A stretch of DNA of 64,000 bases from an uncultured Candidatus Binatia bacterium (GCA_965215605.1 OZ244070.1:1280001-1344000); one strand, 5' to 3'. Positions 1 through 10,750 are shown, counted from the first letter of the stretch. Notes: generated from the sequence alone by a model not told the origin. Translations and numbers: made by a program.

Positions 1-31
1 CTTGCGAGCTACCGGGCTGCTCCACCCCGCA
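1..31 (-). tRNA. 5' fragment of initiator tRNA-fMet (cut by window edge)
   Basis: Reverse complement TGCGGGGTGGAGCAGCCCGGTAGCTCGCAAG matches the acceptor 5' strand and D-arm of bacterial/plastid tRNA-fMet; the anticodon lies outside the window. Confidence 0.8.
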
Positions 32-36
32 GGATG

Positions 37-65
37 GTTGTAGCCCGTCGGTGTGGCGCTGTCAA
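37..65 (-). promoter_or_regulatory. sigma70-type promoter for tRNA-fMet
   Basis: TTGACA (65-60), 17 bp spacer, TACAAC (42-37). Confidence 0.6.
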
Positions 66-89
66 CCGTAGCCGGGAGACGGTAGTGGC

Positions 90-344
90 TCAGTTTGAAA
101 ATATACCTGGAAGTTGTGCTTGAGCGCAGACCAGGATATTCAATTGTCGCGCAAGCTGGCGTATATGTCCGGACTCAATCTCCGTGGAGTTCGTCTTCTT
201 CCCATGCGGTCCAATCGGTATCCTGGCCGTCTTGCTACCATAAGTCACGAGGTGATTGTGTTTTGTCGTACGGCGGGCGTAGCCGGGAGCACAAACGTCC
301 AACATGCCCCAAATGTCGCCGAGCCTGACGAGCCGCGTAGCCAC
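90..344 (-). CDS. HicA-like type II toxin (mRNA interferase), putative
   Basis: 84-aa basic protein with HicA-like pattern (H..., IP..PH, EI..GHIRQLARQL); 8 bp downstream of an acidic partner gene. Confidence 0.55.
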   Translation of the reverse strand: MATRLVRLGDIWGMLDVCAPGYARRTTKHNHLVTYGSKTARIPIGPHGKKTNSTEIESGHIRQLARQLNILVCAQAQLPGIFSN

Positions 345-352
345 CTGGTGTG

Positions 353-844
353 TCAGGCGGCTAGCACGGATCCGGCTAGCACGGATCCGACTTGTTGAGG
401 GTAATTGTCGGCCGGCAAGACGTGCGCCAAATCTTTAAACTCAACCCGTATGTAGCTCTCAGAATCCGCGCTCTCCCGCTGGATCTCCAGTTCGACTTTA
501 CCCCTTCGGACTTCATCTACAGCCGAGAGCCACTCTCGCTCTCGCAAGATGTTAACGTCGAAGAACATCTCTTTGACGGCCGCCTCGAATGCTGCTGAGG
601 ACTCTGACTCTTCAGCCAAGTCAAACAGCACGTTACGGAAGGATTGCCGATATGCCCTGACAGCATCTGTCGGCCCATCACCGGTCGCCGCGAAACTCCC
701 CGGCTGGACGCCATAGACCCAGTGCTCGTCGTCCTCGCTGGCCGCTAGAACGCGCCCGCGCGAGAACACGTCAGCGATGAAGCCCTTGCCGAAGACGCGA
801 TCATGATAAGTGAAAAAGAGTGGCAGTTGGTCCATAGTTCCCAC
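353..844 (-). CDS. HicB-like antitoxin, putative
   Basis: ~160-aa acidic protein with HicB-like segment W....PG..ATGD.PTDA...; start uncertain (844 or 835). Confidence 0.5.
   Translation of the reverse strand: MGTMDQLPLFFTYHDRVFGKGFIADVFSRGRVLAASEDDEHWVYGVQPGSFAATGDGPTDAVRAYRQSFRNVLFDLAEESESSAAFEAAVKEMFFDVNILREREWLSAVDEVRRGKVELEIQRESADSESYIRVEFKDLAHVLPADNYPQQVGSVLAGSVLAA
358..389. repeat. 15-bp tandem duplication (CGGCTAGCACGGATC x2)
   Basis: Direct tandem repeat encoding GSVLA-GSVLA at the C-terminus of the HicB-like ORF. Confidence 0.9.
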
Positions 845-957
845 CCCCGTAAGTTCTTGGGTTCATGGAGGGTTTGTCGCCCTTTTCTACTAGATTACTA
901 TAGTGGGATCAAACTGAAACAGCAGGTGGAATACCCCCAGGGGGAAACGGGCGCGTG

Positions 958-1452
958 TTACGGCCGGGGAAACTTCTCCCGAAGCTGTTCGAGCACGACT
1001 TCCGGGACGAACGCGGTGACGTCGCCGCCCAGCCCGCACACCTCCTTGACCAGCCTGGAACTGATGTAGAAGGACGATTCACTGGTCATCATGAAGAAGG
1101 TTTCGATATTCGGCTTAAGCCTGCGGTTCATGGTCGCCATCTGGAACTCGTATTCGAAATCCGACACCGCCCGCAGCCCCCGGATCACCACCTTGGCCGA
1201 CACCGCCTCCGCATAGTCCACCAGCAGGCCCTGGAAGCTGTCCACGCGCACCCGTTCCTCGGACTCGAAGACCTTTCGAACCGTGGCCATGCGTTCTTCC
1301 ACCGAGAAGAGGGCGCCTCCCTTCTCCTGGTTGTACGCGATGGCGATGATCACCTGGTCGAAGATGCGGAGGGCGCGTCTCACCAGATCCACGTGGCCGT
1401 TGGTGATGGGGTCGAAGGACCCCGGATAGACCGCAGTGCTGATTTCCGCCAT
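958..1452 (-). CDS. coaD: phosphopantetheine adenylyltransferase
   Basis: YPGSFDPITNGH and RGLRAVSDFEYE motifs. Confidence 0.97.
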   Translation of the reverse strand: MAEISTAVYPGSFDPITNGHVDLVRRALRIFDQVIIAIAYNQEKGGALFSVEERMATVRKVFESEERVRVDSFQGLLVDYAEAVSAKVVIRGLRAVSDFEYEFQMATMNRRLKPNIETFFMMTSESSFYISSRLVKEVCGLGGDVTAFVPEVVLEQLREKFPRP

Positions 1453-1464
1453 GTGCAGACCGCC

Positions 1465-2019
1465 TCAGTCGCTCAGTTCGAAGAAGGAGAGCACCGTGCC
1501 GCCGTACCGCCGGCAATCACGGCGCACCAGACCGTCGTATTCCTCGTCGACTCTTTCCCGTGCGCTGTGCTCCGCCACGGCGGCGCCTCCCGCATTGAGT
1601 ATTCCCGCCCGGGAGATCATGGGCATGGTCCTGTTCACCCAGCCGCCGTCGTAGGGAGGATCCAGAAATATCGCGTCGTACGCCGCGCCCTCGTCCGCCA
1701 GCCGGCTCAGGGCCTTGCCCACGGGTGTCGACCATATCCGCGCCCGGTCCATGAAGCCGAGCGTTTCCAGGTTTCCGCGAATCAGACCCGCCGCCTCCGT
1801 CGATTGGTCCACCAGCAGCGCCGACGCCGCCCCACGGCTCAGGGCCTCCAGGGACAGGCTCCCTGTGCCGGCGAAGAGGTCCAGCACTTGCCTGCCGGAG
1901 AAATCCCTGGGGAGGATATTGAACAGGGCCTCCCGGACCCGGTCGGCCGTCGGCCGGATGGTGCTCCCCTTGGGCGCCCTGATGCGTCTTCCCCGCGCTG
2001 TCCCTCCGATGATGCGCAT
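1465..2019 (-). CDS. rsmD: 16S rRNA m2G966 methyltransferase
   Basis: RPTADRVREALFN, DLFAGTG and DPPY motifs; upstream of coaD. Confidence 0.95.
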   Translation of the reverse strand: MRIIGGTARGRRIRAPKGSTIRPTADRVREALFNILPRDFSGRQVLDLFAGTGSLSLEALSRGAASALLVDQSTEAAGLIRGNLETLGFMDRARIWSTPVGKALSRLADEGAAYDAIFLDPPYDGGWVNRTMPMISRAGILNAGGAAVAEHSARERVDEEYDGLVRRDCRRYGGTVLSFFELSD

Positions 2020-2056
2020 GCCGCGGGTGTTTCCTCCGGGCGCCGCGCCGCCGCAC

Positions 2057-2081
2057 GGGCGGGTTGGAAGCCCGCCCCTAC
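2057..2081 (-). repeat. GTAG-capped REP-like palindrome, copy 1
   Basis: GTAG GGGCGGG CTTCCAA CCCGCCC; its TAG is the stop codon of the oxidoreductase gene. Confidence 0.85.
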
Positions 2082-3115
2082 GACCCTGGCACCAGGGTGA
2101 TCTTGCCGAACTGCTGCCCGGTCTCCAGCCTGGTCTGGGCCGCGGCCGCCTCGGCCAGCGGAAAGCTCTTGTCGAGCACCGGCCGGACCCCCGCCGTCTC
2201 CACGAACCGCAACACCTGCTCGAACTCCTCCCGGCTGCCCAGGGTCGACCCGAAGATGCTGAGGTGGTTCCAGAAGATCCGCCGGATGTCCGTCGGCGGC
2301 GTGGCGCCGGTGGTGGCGCCGCAGGTGACGAGCCGCCCGCCCTTCACCAGCGCCGCGAGGCTCTTGGCCCAGCTCTCGCCCCCCACGCAGTCCACCACTA
2401 CGTCCACCCCCCGCTTGCCGGTGACGTTGCGTATCTCACGGGTGAAGTCGCACTCCCGGTAGTTCAACCCGTGATCGGCGCCCAGCTCCCGTGCCCGGTC
2501 GAGCTTCTCGCCGCTGCTCGAGGTCACCGCCACCCAGGCGTTCATGGCCTTGGCGATCTGCAGCGCCGCCATGGCCACGCCGCCGCCGATGCCCAGGATG
2601 AGCACCGTCTCCCCGGGCGCGAGCCTCGCGTTGGTCACCAGCATGCGCCAGACCGTGATGAACACCAGCGGAAACGCCGCCGCCTCCTCGAAACTGTAAC
2701 CCTCGGGGATGGCGAAGCAGTTGGCGGCGGGAATCGTCACGTACTCGGCGTACGATCCCTTCATGCCCTCGCCCAGGACCCGCAGCCGCACACACATGTA
2801 GTCGCGGCTGGTGCGGCAGAACTCGCAAGCGCCGCAGCCCACCGGCGGATACAGGCAGACCGCGTCGCCCTTCTTCAGATGTGTCACCTCGCTCCCCACC
2901 TCCTCCACCACGCCCGCGCCGTCGGCGCCGAGGATGTGCGGGAACTCCACCTTCATGCCGGTGAGACCCTTGCGGTTCCACAGGTCGATGTGGTTCAGGG
3001 AGGCCGCCTCGAGGCGCACGATCACGTCGCGCGGCGAACGCAGGACCGGGTCGGGAGCCTCCTCGTAGCGGAGCTTGTCGGCCCCGCCGTACTCGTAAAA
3101 CTGGACCGCTTTCAA
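2078..3115 (-). CDS. zinc-binding alcohol dehydrogenase / quinone oxidoreductase (MDR family)
   Basis: CGACEFC structural Zn motif, GIGGGV Rossmann motif, GKITL C-terminus; TTG start preceded by GAGGT. Confidence 0.9.
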   Translation of the reverse strand: MKAVQFYEYGGADKLRYEEAPDPVLRSPRDVIVRLEAASLNHIDLWNRKGLTGMKVEFPHILGADGAGVVEEVGSEVTHLKKGDAVCLYPPVGCGACEFCRTSRDYMCVRLRVLGEGMKGSYAEYVTIPAANCFAIPEGYSFEEAAAFPLVFITVWRMLVTNARLAPGETVLILGIGGGVAMAALQIAKAMNAWVAVTSSSGEKLDRARELGADHGLNYRECDFTREIRNVTGKRGVDVVVDCVGGESWAKSLAALVKGGRLVTCGATTGATPPTDIRRIFWNHLSIFGSTLGSREEFEQVLRFVETAGVRPVLDKSFPLAEAAAAQTRLETGQQFGKITLVPGS

Positions 3116-3170
3116 GACAACGACCTCGGAGATGGGTTGGTTCCGGTCAAAGGGGATGCGAGGCCGGCCG

Positions 3171-3512
3171 TCAGGCCGAAAAGGAGGTGCCGCACCCGCA
3201 GGTGCCCGTGGCATTGGGATTGGAGAAGCGAAAGCTGGCACCCTGGAGCTCGCTCACGTAGTCGATGACCGTCCCATCGAGCTGCTGCAGGATGGCCGTC
3301 TCCACGTAGACCTGCAGGCCCCCCATGTCGAGCACCACGTCCTCAGCCCCGGGGCCGTCGTCGAAGTCCAGCTTGTAGGAGTAGCCGGAACATCCTCCCG
3401 GCATCACGGACACCCGCAGTCCCCGGCCGGCGAGCTTCTCCCGCTCGCGGATCTTCTTGACGTGGGCGACGGCGGCGTCGGTCAGGCGAAGTTTGTTCGC
3501 GTCATTTTCCAC
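3171..3512 (-). CDS. A-type iron-sulfur carrier (IscA/ErpA/HesB family)
   Basis: GGCSG and CGCGTSF motifs; GTG start inferred. Confidence 0.93.
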   Translation of the reverse strand: MENDANKLRLTDAAVAHVKKIREREKLAGRGLRVSVMPGGCSGYSYKLDFDDGPGAEDVVLDMGGLQVYVETAILQQLDGTVIDYVSELQGASFRFSNPNATGTCGCGTSFSA

Positions 3513-3519
3513 AGCTTGG

Positions 3520-3548
3520 AGTCTAGTCGACGGTTGCGGGCAAGTCAA
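3520..3548 (-). promoter_or_regulatory. sigma70-type promoter for the iscA/erpA-family gene (probably leaderless transcript)
   Basis: TTGACT (3548-3543), 17 bp spacer, TAGACT (3525-3520); predicted +1 falls at the GTG. Confidence 0.6.
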
Positions 3549-4975
3549 GATTCCCGCCGCCCGAGCCCGGCCACGATCTTGTGCGGCAGGCCGCCGAAGC
3601 TGCCGTTGGACATCACCAGCACGACGTCCCGCGCCACCGCGTCCCGGACCACCATCCGGGCGATTTCGTCCACTCCGGCGAGATGGCACGCGGCCCGGTC
3701 CCCCCGGCGCCGGTTGATGCAGTCCACCAGCTCCGCGGGGGAGATGCGCTCCTCCTCGGGAATCTTCTCCGGGTGGTAAAGGTCGGGGAGCACGACCCGG
3801 TCGGCCCGCGCCAGCGCCCGGGCGAACTCCGTGAGGAAGACCCGCCTGCGGCTGGTCTGGCTGCGGGGCTCGAAGACGGCCCAGAGCCGCCGCCCGGGCC
3901 AAGCCTCCCGCACCGCGGCGATGGTGTCCGCCACCGCGGTGGGGTGGTGGGCGAAGTCGTCGATGACCAGGACGCCCGCCTCCTCGCCGGCAATCTCCTG
4001 CCGCCGCTGCACGCCGCGGAAGCTCGCCATGGCCGAGCGGACCACGGACGGGCGCAAGCCGATCTCCCTGGCGGTGGCGTAGACCGCCAGCGCGTTCTTG
4101 GCATTGTGGCGGCCGATCAACGGCACCTCCACCGCGCCTTCGGCGACGCCCTTGTAGCAGGGAGTGAAGGCCATCCGGCCGCCCGTGGCCCGGACGTCGA
4201 GGGCTTGCCAATCGGCCGACCCGCCGATGCCGTAGGACAGCACCGGACAGGCGGCGGCGTCCAGGATCTCCCGGGCATGGACCGCTTCGTCGCACACCAG
4301 CAATCCGCCGTCGGGCGCGATGATCTCCACCAGGCGCCGGAAGGCGTCCTTCACGTGCTCCAGGTCCCGGTAGATGTCGGCGTGGTCGAACTCCAGGCTC
4401 GTGAGGATGACCCGCTCCGGCTTGTAGTGCAGGAACTTCGGCCCCTTGTCGAAGAAGGCGCTGTCGTATTCGTCGCCCTCCATGACCACCCACGGGCCCC
4501 CGCCGGAGCGGAACCCGCTGCCGAAGTTCACCGGGATGCCGCCGATGAAGAAGCTCGGGTCCAGCCCCGCGGCCACCAGCACCCAGGACATCAGCGACGT
4601 GGTGGTGGTCTTGCCGTGGGTGCCCGCCACCACCACCGAGTGCTTGCCGTCGATGAGGAACCGGCCCAGGGCCTGGGGCAGCGACACGTAGGGGATGCCG
4701 CGGCGCAGCACCGCCTCCGCCTCCGGGTTCCCCCGGGACACGGCGTTGCCGATGACCACCAGGTCCGGCCCCTCGCCGAGGTGGTCCTCGCTGAAACCGG
4801 GCAGGATGTCGATGCCGATTTCTTCCAGGAAGGTGCTCATGGGCGGGTAGACGTTCTCGTCCGAGCCGGTGACCCGGTACCCCTGCTGCCGCAGCAGGGC
4901 GGCCAGGGAACCCGTGCCGACGCCGCAGACAGCGACGAAATGGACGTGGGCGCCGGGGTTCAGGTCCGGAATCAT
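3545..4975 (-). CDS. mpl: UDP-MurNAc:L-Ala-gamma-D-Glu-mDAP ligase
   Basis: GSDENVYPPMST, GTHGKTTT, EGDEYDSAFFDK, DDFAHHPTA and MSNGSFGG motifs; ATGA overlap with the upstream gene. Confidence 0.92.
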   Translation of the reverse strand: MIPDLNPGAHVHFVAVCGVGTGSLAALLRQQGYRVTGSDENVYPPMSTFLEEIGIDILPGFSEDHLGEGPDLVVIGNAVSRGNPEAEAVLRRGIPYVSLPQALGRFLIDGKHSVVVAGTHGKTTTTSLMSWVLVAAGLDPSFFIGGIPVNFGSGFRSGGGPWVVMEGDEYDSAFFDKGPKFLHYKPERVILTSLEFDHADIYRDLEHVKDAFRRLVEIIAPDGGLLVCDEAVHAREILDAAACPVLSYGIGGSADWQALDVRATGGRMAFTPCYKGVAEGAVEVPLIGRHNAKNALAVYATAREIGLRPSVVRSAMASFRGVQRRQEIAGEEAGVLVIDDFAHHPTAVADTIAAVREAWPGRRLWAVFEPRSQTSRRRVFLTEFARALARADRVVLPDLYHPEKIPEEERISPAELVDCINRRRGDRAACHLAGVDEIARMVVRDAVARDVVLVMSNGSFGGLPHKIVAGLGRRES

Positions 4976-6069
4976 GAACACAGGCTCTCAATCACCGCGT
5001 CATGCACCAGCGGGCGGAACTCGCGGATGGCCCCGCTGTCCCGGGACGGGTGCACGCGGTTGGTGAGGAATACGACGTGGACGTCCCGCTCCAGGTCCCA
5101 CCAGATGGAGGTGCCGGTGAAGCCCAGGTGGCCCACGGTACGGGCGGAGAAGTGCCGGCCGCTGGACGATCCCCCGGGCGAAGGCGTATCCCAGCCCAGC
5201 ACGTGGGTCTGTCCCGGCAGGGTCCGTTCCGCCTCCAGGAAATCGCGTACCACCGGGGCGGGGAGGAACTCGGGCTCGGCGCCGGCGCGGCACCGGCCGA
5301 GGAAACGGATGAAATGGTGAACGTCCGGTGCCGACGAGAACACGCCGGCATGCCCGGCGACCCCGCCCATGGCGTAGGCGTTGTCGTCGTGGACCTCGCC
5401 GCAAAGTATCTTCCGGCGCCAGGGGCAGTCCTCGGTGGCGGCAACGGCCTCGACGGGAACCGGCAGAGGGGCATGGGAACACCGGCCCAGGTCCGCGAAG
5501 AACGTGGACGCCAGTTGCATCGGCGCGAATATCTCGTCGTGGCAGAACCGGTCCAGCGGCCTCCCGCTCAGCCGTTCGACGGCCTCGCCCAGGAGGATGA
5601 AGCCGAGGTCGCTGTAGCAGACCCGCTCCCCCGGCGCGGCCACCAGCGGTTCGGCATGGATCTGCTCCAAGATCCGGCGGCGACCCACACCTGGTTTTCC
5701 GCCACCCTCTCCGTAATACGGCTTCCAGGCCGGGAGGCCAGAGGAATGGTTCAAGAGCTGGCGGAACGTGACCGCGGTCTTGGCCCCGGCGCTGAACTCC
5801 GGGACCACGCTGCTCACCGGATCGTTCAAACGCACGCACCGGTCCCGCACCAGCAGCATCATGGCGGTGGTGGTGGCCATGGGCTTGGTGAGGGAGCTCA
5901 TGTCGAAAACCGTGTCGGGCATCATGGGAAGCCGCTCGGGCGCCAGCGCCCGATGGCCATAGGCGCGATGAAAGAGGGTGCCCTCGCCGTCGCCCGCCAG
6001 CACCACGGCGCCGGGGAAGGCGCCTTCGTCAACGCCGCGGCGGCAGGTCTCGTCAACCGTGCGCCACAT
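4972..6069 (-). CDS. serine hydrolase, beta-lactamase-related (AmiE/YbbE-like)
   Basis: SxxK (SLTK), YSD, GVAGHAGVFS and GHLGFTG motifs. Confidence 0.85.
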   Translation of the reverse strand: MWRTVDETCRRGVDEGAFPGAVVLAGDGEGTLFHRAYGHRALAPERLPMMPDTVFDMSSLTKPMATTTAMMLLVRDRCVRLNDPVSSVVPEFSAGAKTAVTFRQLLNHSSGLPAWKPYYGEGGGKPGVGRRRILEQIHAEPLVAAPGERVCYSDLGFILLGEAVERLSGRPLDRFCHDEIFAPMQLASTFFADLGRCSHAPLPVPVEAVAATEDCPWRRKILCGEVHDDNAYAMGGVAGHAGVFSSAPDVHHFIRFLGRCRAGAEPEFLPAPVVRDFLEAERTLPGQTHVLGWDTPSPGGSSSGRHFSARTVGHLGFTGTSIWWDLERDVHVVFLTNRVHPSRDSGAIREFRPLVHDAVIESLCS

Positions 6070-6992
6070 CAGCACGCCGCCCGGGTGGCCGGCTCCACCA
6101 GCATCAGCACGCCGTTGCGCCCGTCCAGCTCGGCGTTGAGCCCGATGGGAAGCAGGGTGTTCGGGGTAGCGTGGCCGCAGGGCAGGCCCGTCACCACCGG
6201 ATAGGGGGCGTCGGCGAAGACGTCGGCCAGAACCTCCGTAACGTCCCGCTCGGCCCCGGACTCGCAGTCGTTGAAGGCGCCGGTCACCACGCCGGCGACA
6301 TCGTCCAGCTTCCCCGCCATGCGCAGATGGGTCAGCATCCGTTCGATGCGGTAGGGGCGCTCGCCCACGTCCTCCAGAAAAACGATCTTTCTCGCGGTGT
6401 CGATCTCGTAAGGGGTCCCGAGGGTGGTCACCAGCACCGACAGGCAACCGCCGGCCAACGCGCCACGGACGGGGGCGCCGCCGCGGAGCACGCTGGAGCC
6501 CTTGATCTGCCAGAGCCGGCGTTTGCCCGTGAGGGCGTCCCAGAACCCGCTGCTCACGCCGCCTTCGAGCTCTCCCGCGAACTCCACCGCGACCATGGGG
6601 CCGTGGAAGGCCACGACGCCGCAACGCTGCGACATCCAGTTGAGCAGGGCGGTGACGTCGCTAAAGCCGACGAAGATCTTGGGATGGGCGCGGATGAGAT
6701 CGGGGTCGAGGGCGGGCAGGAGCTGTATCGAGCCGAAACCGCCGCGGGCGCAGAATATGGCGGCGATGTCGTCCCGCAGAAAGAAGCGCTCCAACGTTTC
6801 CGCGCGCTGCTGCTCGCTGCCGGCCAGGTAGCCCTTGCGCGCCAGGATTCCTTCGGCCAGCACCACGCGGAACCCGCTCGCCTCCAGGGCGCGGACGCCC
6901 CTGGCCAGGAGGTCCTCGTACACGGCTCCGGCCGGGGCGATGACTCCGATGGTGTCTCCGGGCCTCAAGGGCGGCGGTTTGAGGAGGTTCAT
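6069..6992 (-). CDS. ldcA: LD-carboxypeptidase (peptidase S66)
   Basis: [28 protein letters not shown] and PCGH motifs. Confidence 0.9.
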   Translation of the reverse strand: MNLLKPPPLRPGDTIGVIAPAGAVYEDLLARGVRALEASGFRVVLAEGILARKGYLAGSEQQRAETLERFFLRDDIAAIFCARGGFGSIQLLPALDPDLIRAHPKIFVGFSDVTALLNWMSQRCGVVAFHGPMVAVEFAGELEGGVSSGFWDALTGKRRLWQIKGSSVLRGGAPVRGALAGGCLSVLVTTLGTPYEIDTARKIVFLEDVGERPYRIERMLTHLRMAGKLDDVAGVVTGAFNDCESGAERDVTEVLADVFADAPYPVVTGLPCGHATPNTLLPIGLNAELDGRNGVLMLVEPATRAAC

Positions 6993-7122
6993 CACGTGTT
7001 TACAGGGTGTTGGCCGCCATTCTGTCAAGATTTCGGTGACACGGCAAACGTTGAGGGCAGGTTCTGCACGTTGCCGGTCCCGTTCCGCCGGCAGATTTCC
7101 GACAAAAGTTGTCCACGCCCCC

Positions 7123-7150
7123 TTGACAGCGCCGGGACCGTGCTTAGATT
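7123..7150 (+). promoter_or_regulatory. sigma70-type promoter of groESL
   Basis: TTGACA, 16 bp spacer, TAGATT. Confidence 0.6.
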
Positions 7151-7230
7151 TACCGCCGCACCTCATAGTGCACGTCTATCGGTCTAACCGAAATACGTTT
7201 TACGGCGAACTTGGAAAAGGAGGAGAGAAC

Positions 7231-7521
7231 ATGAACATCAGGCCCTTACAGGACCGGGTCATCGTCAAGCGGATCGAGGAAGAGGAAAAGACCGCGGGCG
7301 GGATCATCATCCCCGATACCGCCAAGGAGAAGCCCCAGGAGGGCGAGGTCGTCGCGGTGGGCAAGGGCAAGGCCAACGGCGACGGCGAGGTCACTCCGCT
7401 GGACGTGAAAGTCAAGGACCGGGTGTTGTTCGGCAAGTACGCCGGCTCCGAGATCACCCTGGACGGCGAAGAGCACATCATCATGCGCGAGGATGACATC
7501 CTCGGCATCGTCGAAAAATAA
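7231..7521 (+). CDS. groES: co-chaperonin GroES
   Basis: [10 protein letters not shown]...[14 protein letters not shown]; SD GGAGGAG. Confidence 0.98.
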   Translation: MNIRPLQDRVIVKRIEEEEKTAGGIIIPDTAKEKPQEGEVVAVGKGKANGDGEVTPLDVKVKDRVLFGKYAGSEITLDGEEHIIMREDDILGIVEK

Positions 7522-9216
<1,695 letters not shown>

Positions 9217-9237
9217 CGCGCCATACAGGCTGAACCC

Positions 9238-9279
9238 AGGGCCTGGGGCGTCTCGCAAGAGATGCTCCAGGCCCTTTTT
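9238..9279 (+). terminator. intrinsic terminator after groEL
   Basis: AGGGCCTGGGGCGTCTC-GCAA-GAGATGCTCCAGGCCCT stem followed by a T run. Confidence 0.85.
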
Positions 9280-9306
9280 GCTTTATTGCCAAGGGGGGAC
9301 TATATT
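9278..9306 (+). promoter_or_regulatory. sigma70-type promoter for ffh
   Basis: TTGCTT, 17 bp spacer, TATATT. Confidence 0.5.
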
Positions 9307-9364
9307 ACCATCCCTGATTTTCTGGCTTCCCCTGCCGGCTCGTCAGCAAACGACCTCATTCCCA

Positions 9365-10711
9365 ATGTTCGAAACACTCACCGACAAGCTGGAGCAGACC
9401 TTCAAGCGGCTGCGGGGCCACGGCAGGATCACCGAGTCCAACGTGGCGGAGTCGCTGCGCGAGGTGCGGATGGCGCTGCTCGAGGCGGACGTCAACTTCA
9501 AGGTGGTCAAGAGCTTCATCGAGTCGGTCCAGGCCAAGTCCATGGGCCAGGACGTGCTTCAGAGCCTGACGCCGGACCAGCAGCTCATCAAGATCGTCAG
9601 GGAAGAACTGGTGGAGATCCTGGGCGGGGAGGCCGCCGGGCTGGATCTCAAGGGGCGGCAGCCGGTGGTGCTGATGCTGGTGGGGCTTCAGGGGTCGGGA
9701 AAGACCACCACCGCCGTCAAGCTGGCGCTGCACCTGAAGAAGCAGCAGAAGCGCACTCCCTACCTCGTGTCCGCGGACGTGTACCGGCCGGCGGCCAGGG
9801 AACAACTGCGCACGCTGTGCGACGAGCACGGTTTCCCGGCGTACGACTCCGGCGACAGTTCGGCGCCGGTGGAGATCTGCCGCGACGCCCTCAAGAAGGC
9901 GGACCAGCGCCTTTGCGACGTGCTGATCGTGGACACCGCCGGACGGCTGCAGATCGACGAGGCGATGATGCAGGAGCTGGTGGCGATTCGCTCGGCGCTG
10001 GAGCCCCGCAACATCCTCCTGACCCTGGACGCCATGATCGGCCAGGACGCGGTCAATCAGGCGCAGGGCTTCAACAAGGTCCTGGACCTCAACGGCGTGA
10101 TCCTCACCAAGCTGGATGGCGACGCCCGGGGCGGGGCGGCGCTCTCCGTACGGGCGGTGGTGGGCAAGCCGGTGCTCTACGCCGGCGTCGGGGAGAAGGC
10201 GGACGCCCTCGAGCCCTTCTTTCCGGACCGCATGGCGTCACGCATCCTCGGCATGGGCGACGTGCTGTCGCTGATCGAGAAGGCGGAGCAGGCGGTGGAC
10301 AGGAAGGCCGCGCCGGAGATCGAACAGCGGATGCGCAAGGGGGAGTTCTCCCTGGAGGACTTCCAGACGCAGATGCAGGCCATCAAGAAGATGGGCTCCA
10401 TCGGCGGGCTGCTGGACATGGTGCCCGGGGGACGGAAGCTGAGCCAGCAGGTGGACATGTCCAACGCGGAAAAGGAAATCAAGCGCGTCGAGGCCATCAT
10501 CAACTCCATGACGCTCAAGGAACGGCGCAACCCGGCGCTGTTGAACGGCAGCCGGCGCCGGCGCATCGCCGAAGGGAGCGGAACCACGGTCACCGACGTC
10601 AACCGTCTCATGAAACAGTTCATGGAGATGAAAAAGATGATGCAGCGGATGAAGAAGTCGGGGGGCAAGCGGCGCGGCATGCTCGGCCGTTTGTCAACGC
10701 CGTTCCAATGA
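9365..10711 (+). CDS. ffh: signal recognition particle protein
   Basis: GLQGSGKTTT, DTAGR, TKLDGDARGG and Met-rich M domain. Confidence 0.98.
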   Translation: MFETLTDKLEQTFKRLRGHGRITESNVAESLREVRMALLEADVNFKVVKSFIESVQAKSMGQDVLQSLTPDQQLIKIVREELVEILGGEAAGLDLKGRQPVVLMLVGLQGSGKTTTAVKLALHLKKQQKRTPYLVSADVYRPAAREQLRTLCDEHGFPAYDSGDSSAPVEICRDALKKADQRLCDVLIVDTAGRLQIDEAMMQELVAIRSALEPRNILLTLDAMIGQDAVNQAQGFNKVLDLNGVILTKLDGDARGGAALSVRAVVGKPVLYAGVGEKADALEPFFPDRMASRILGMGDVLSLIEKAEQAVDRKAAPEIEQRMRKGEFSLEDFQTQMQAIKKMGSIGGLLDMVPGGRKLSQQVDMSNAEKEIKRVEAIINSMTLKERRNPALLNGSRRRRIAEGSGTTVTDVNRLMKQFMEMKKMMQRMKKSGGKRRGMLGRLSTPFQ

Positions 10712-10750
10712 GCTAATACTTTAGAAAACAAAGAGAAAAGAGAACCCCGT

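Noticed and set aside
7042-7082. GTTGAGGGCAGGTTCTGCACGTTGCCGGTCCCG as a decayed REP copy
   Set aside because: Too many mismatches to distinguish from chance in GC-rich DNA
7140-7200. Possible CIRCE operator upstream of groES
   Set aside because: Only short palindromic pieces (GCAC..GTGC, TTAGA..TCTAA); no match to TTAGCACTC-N9-GAGTGCTAA
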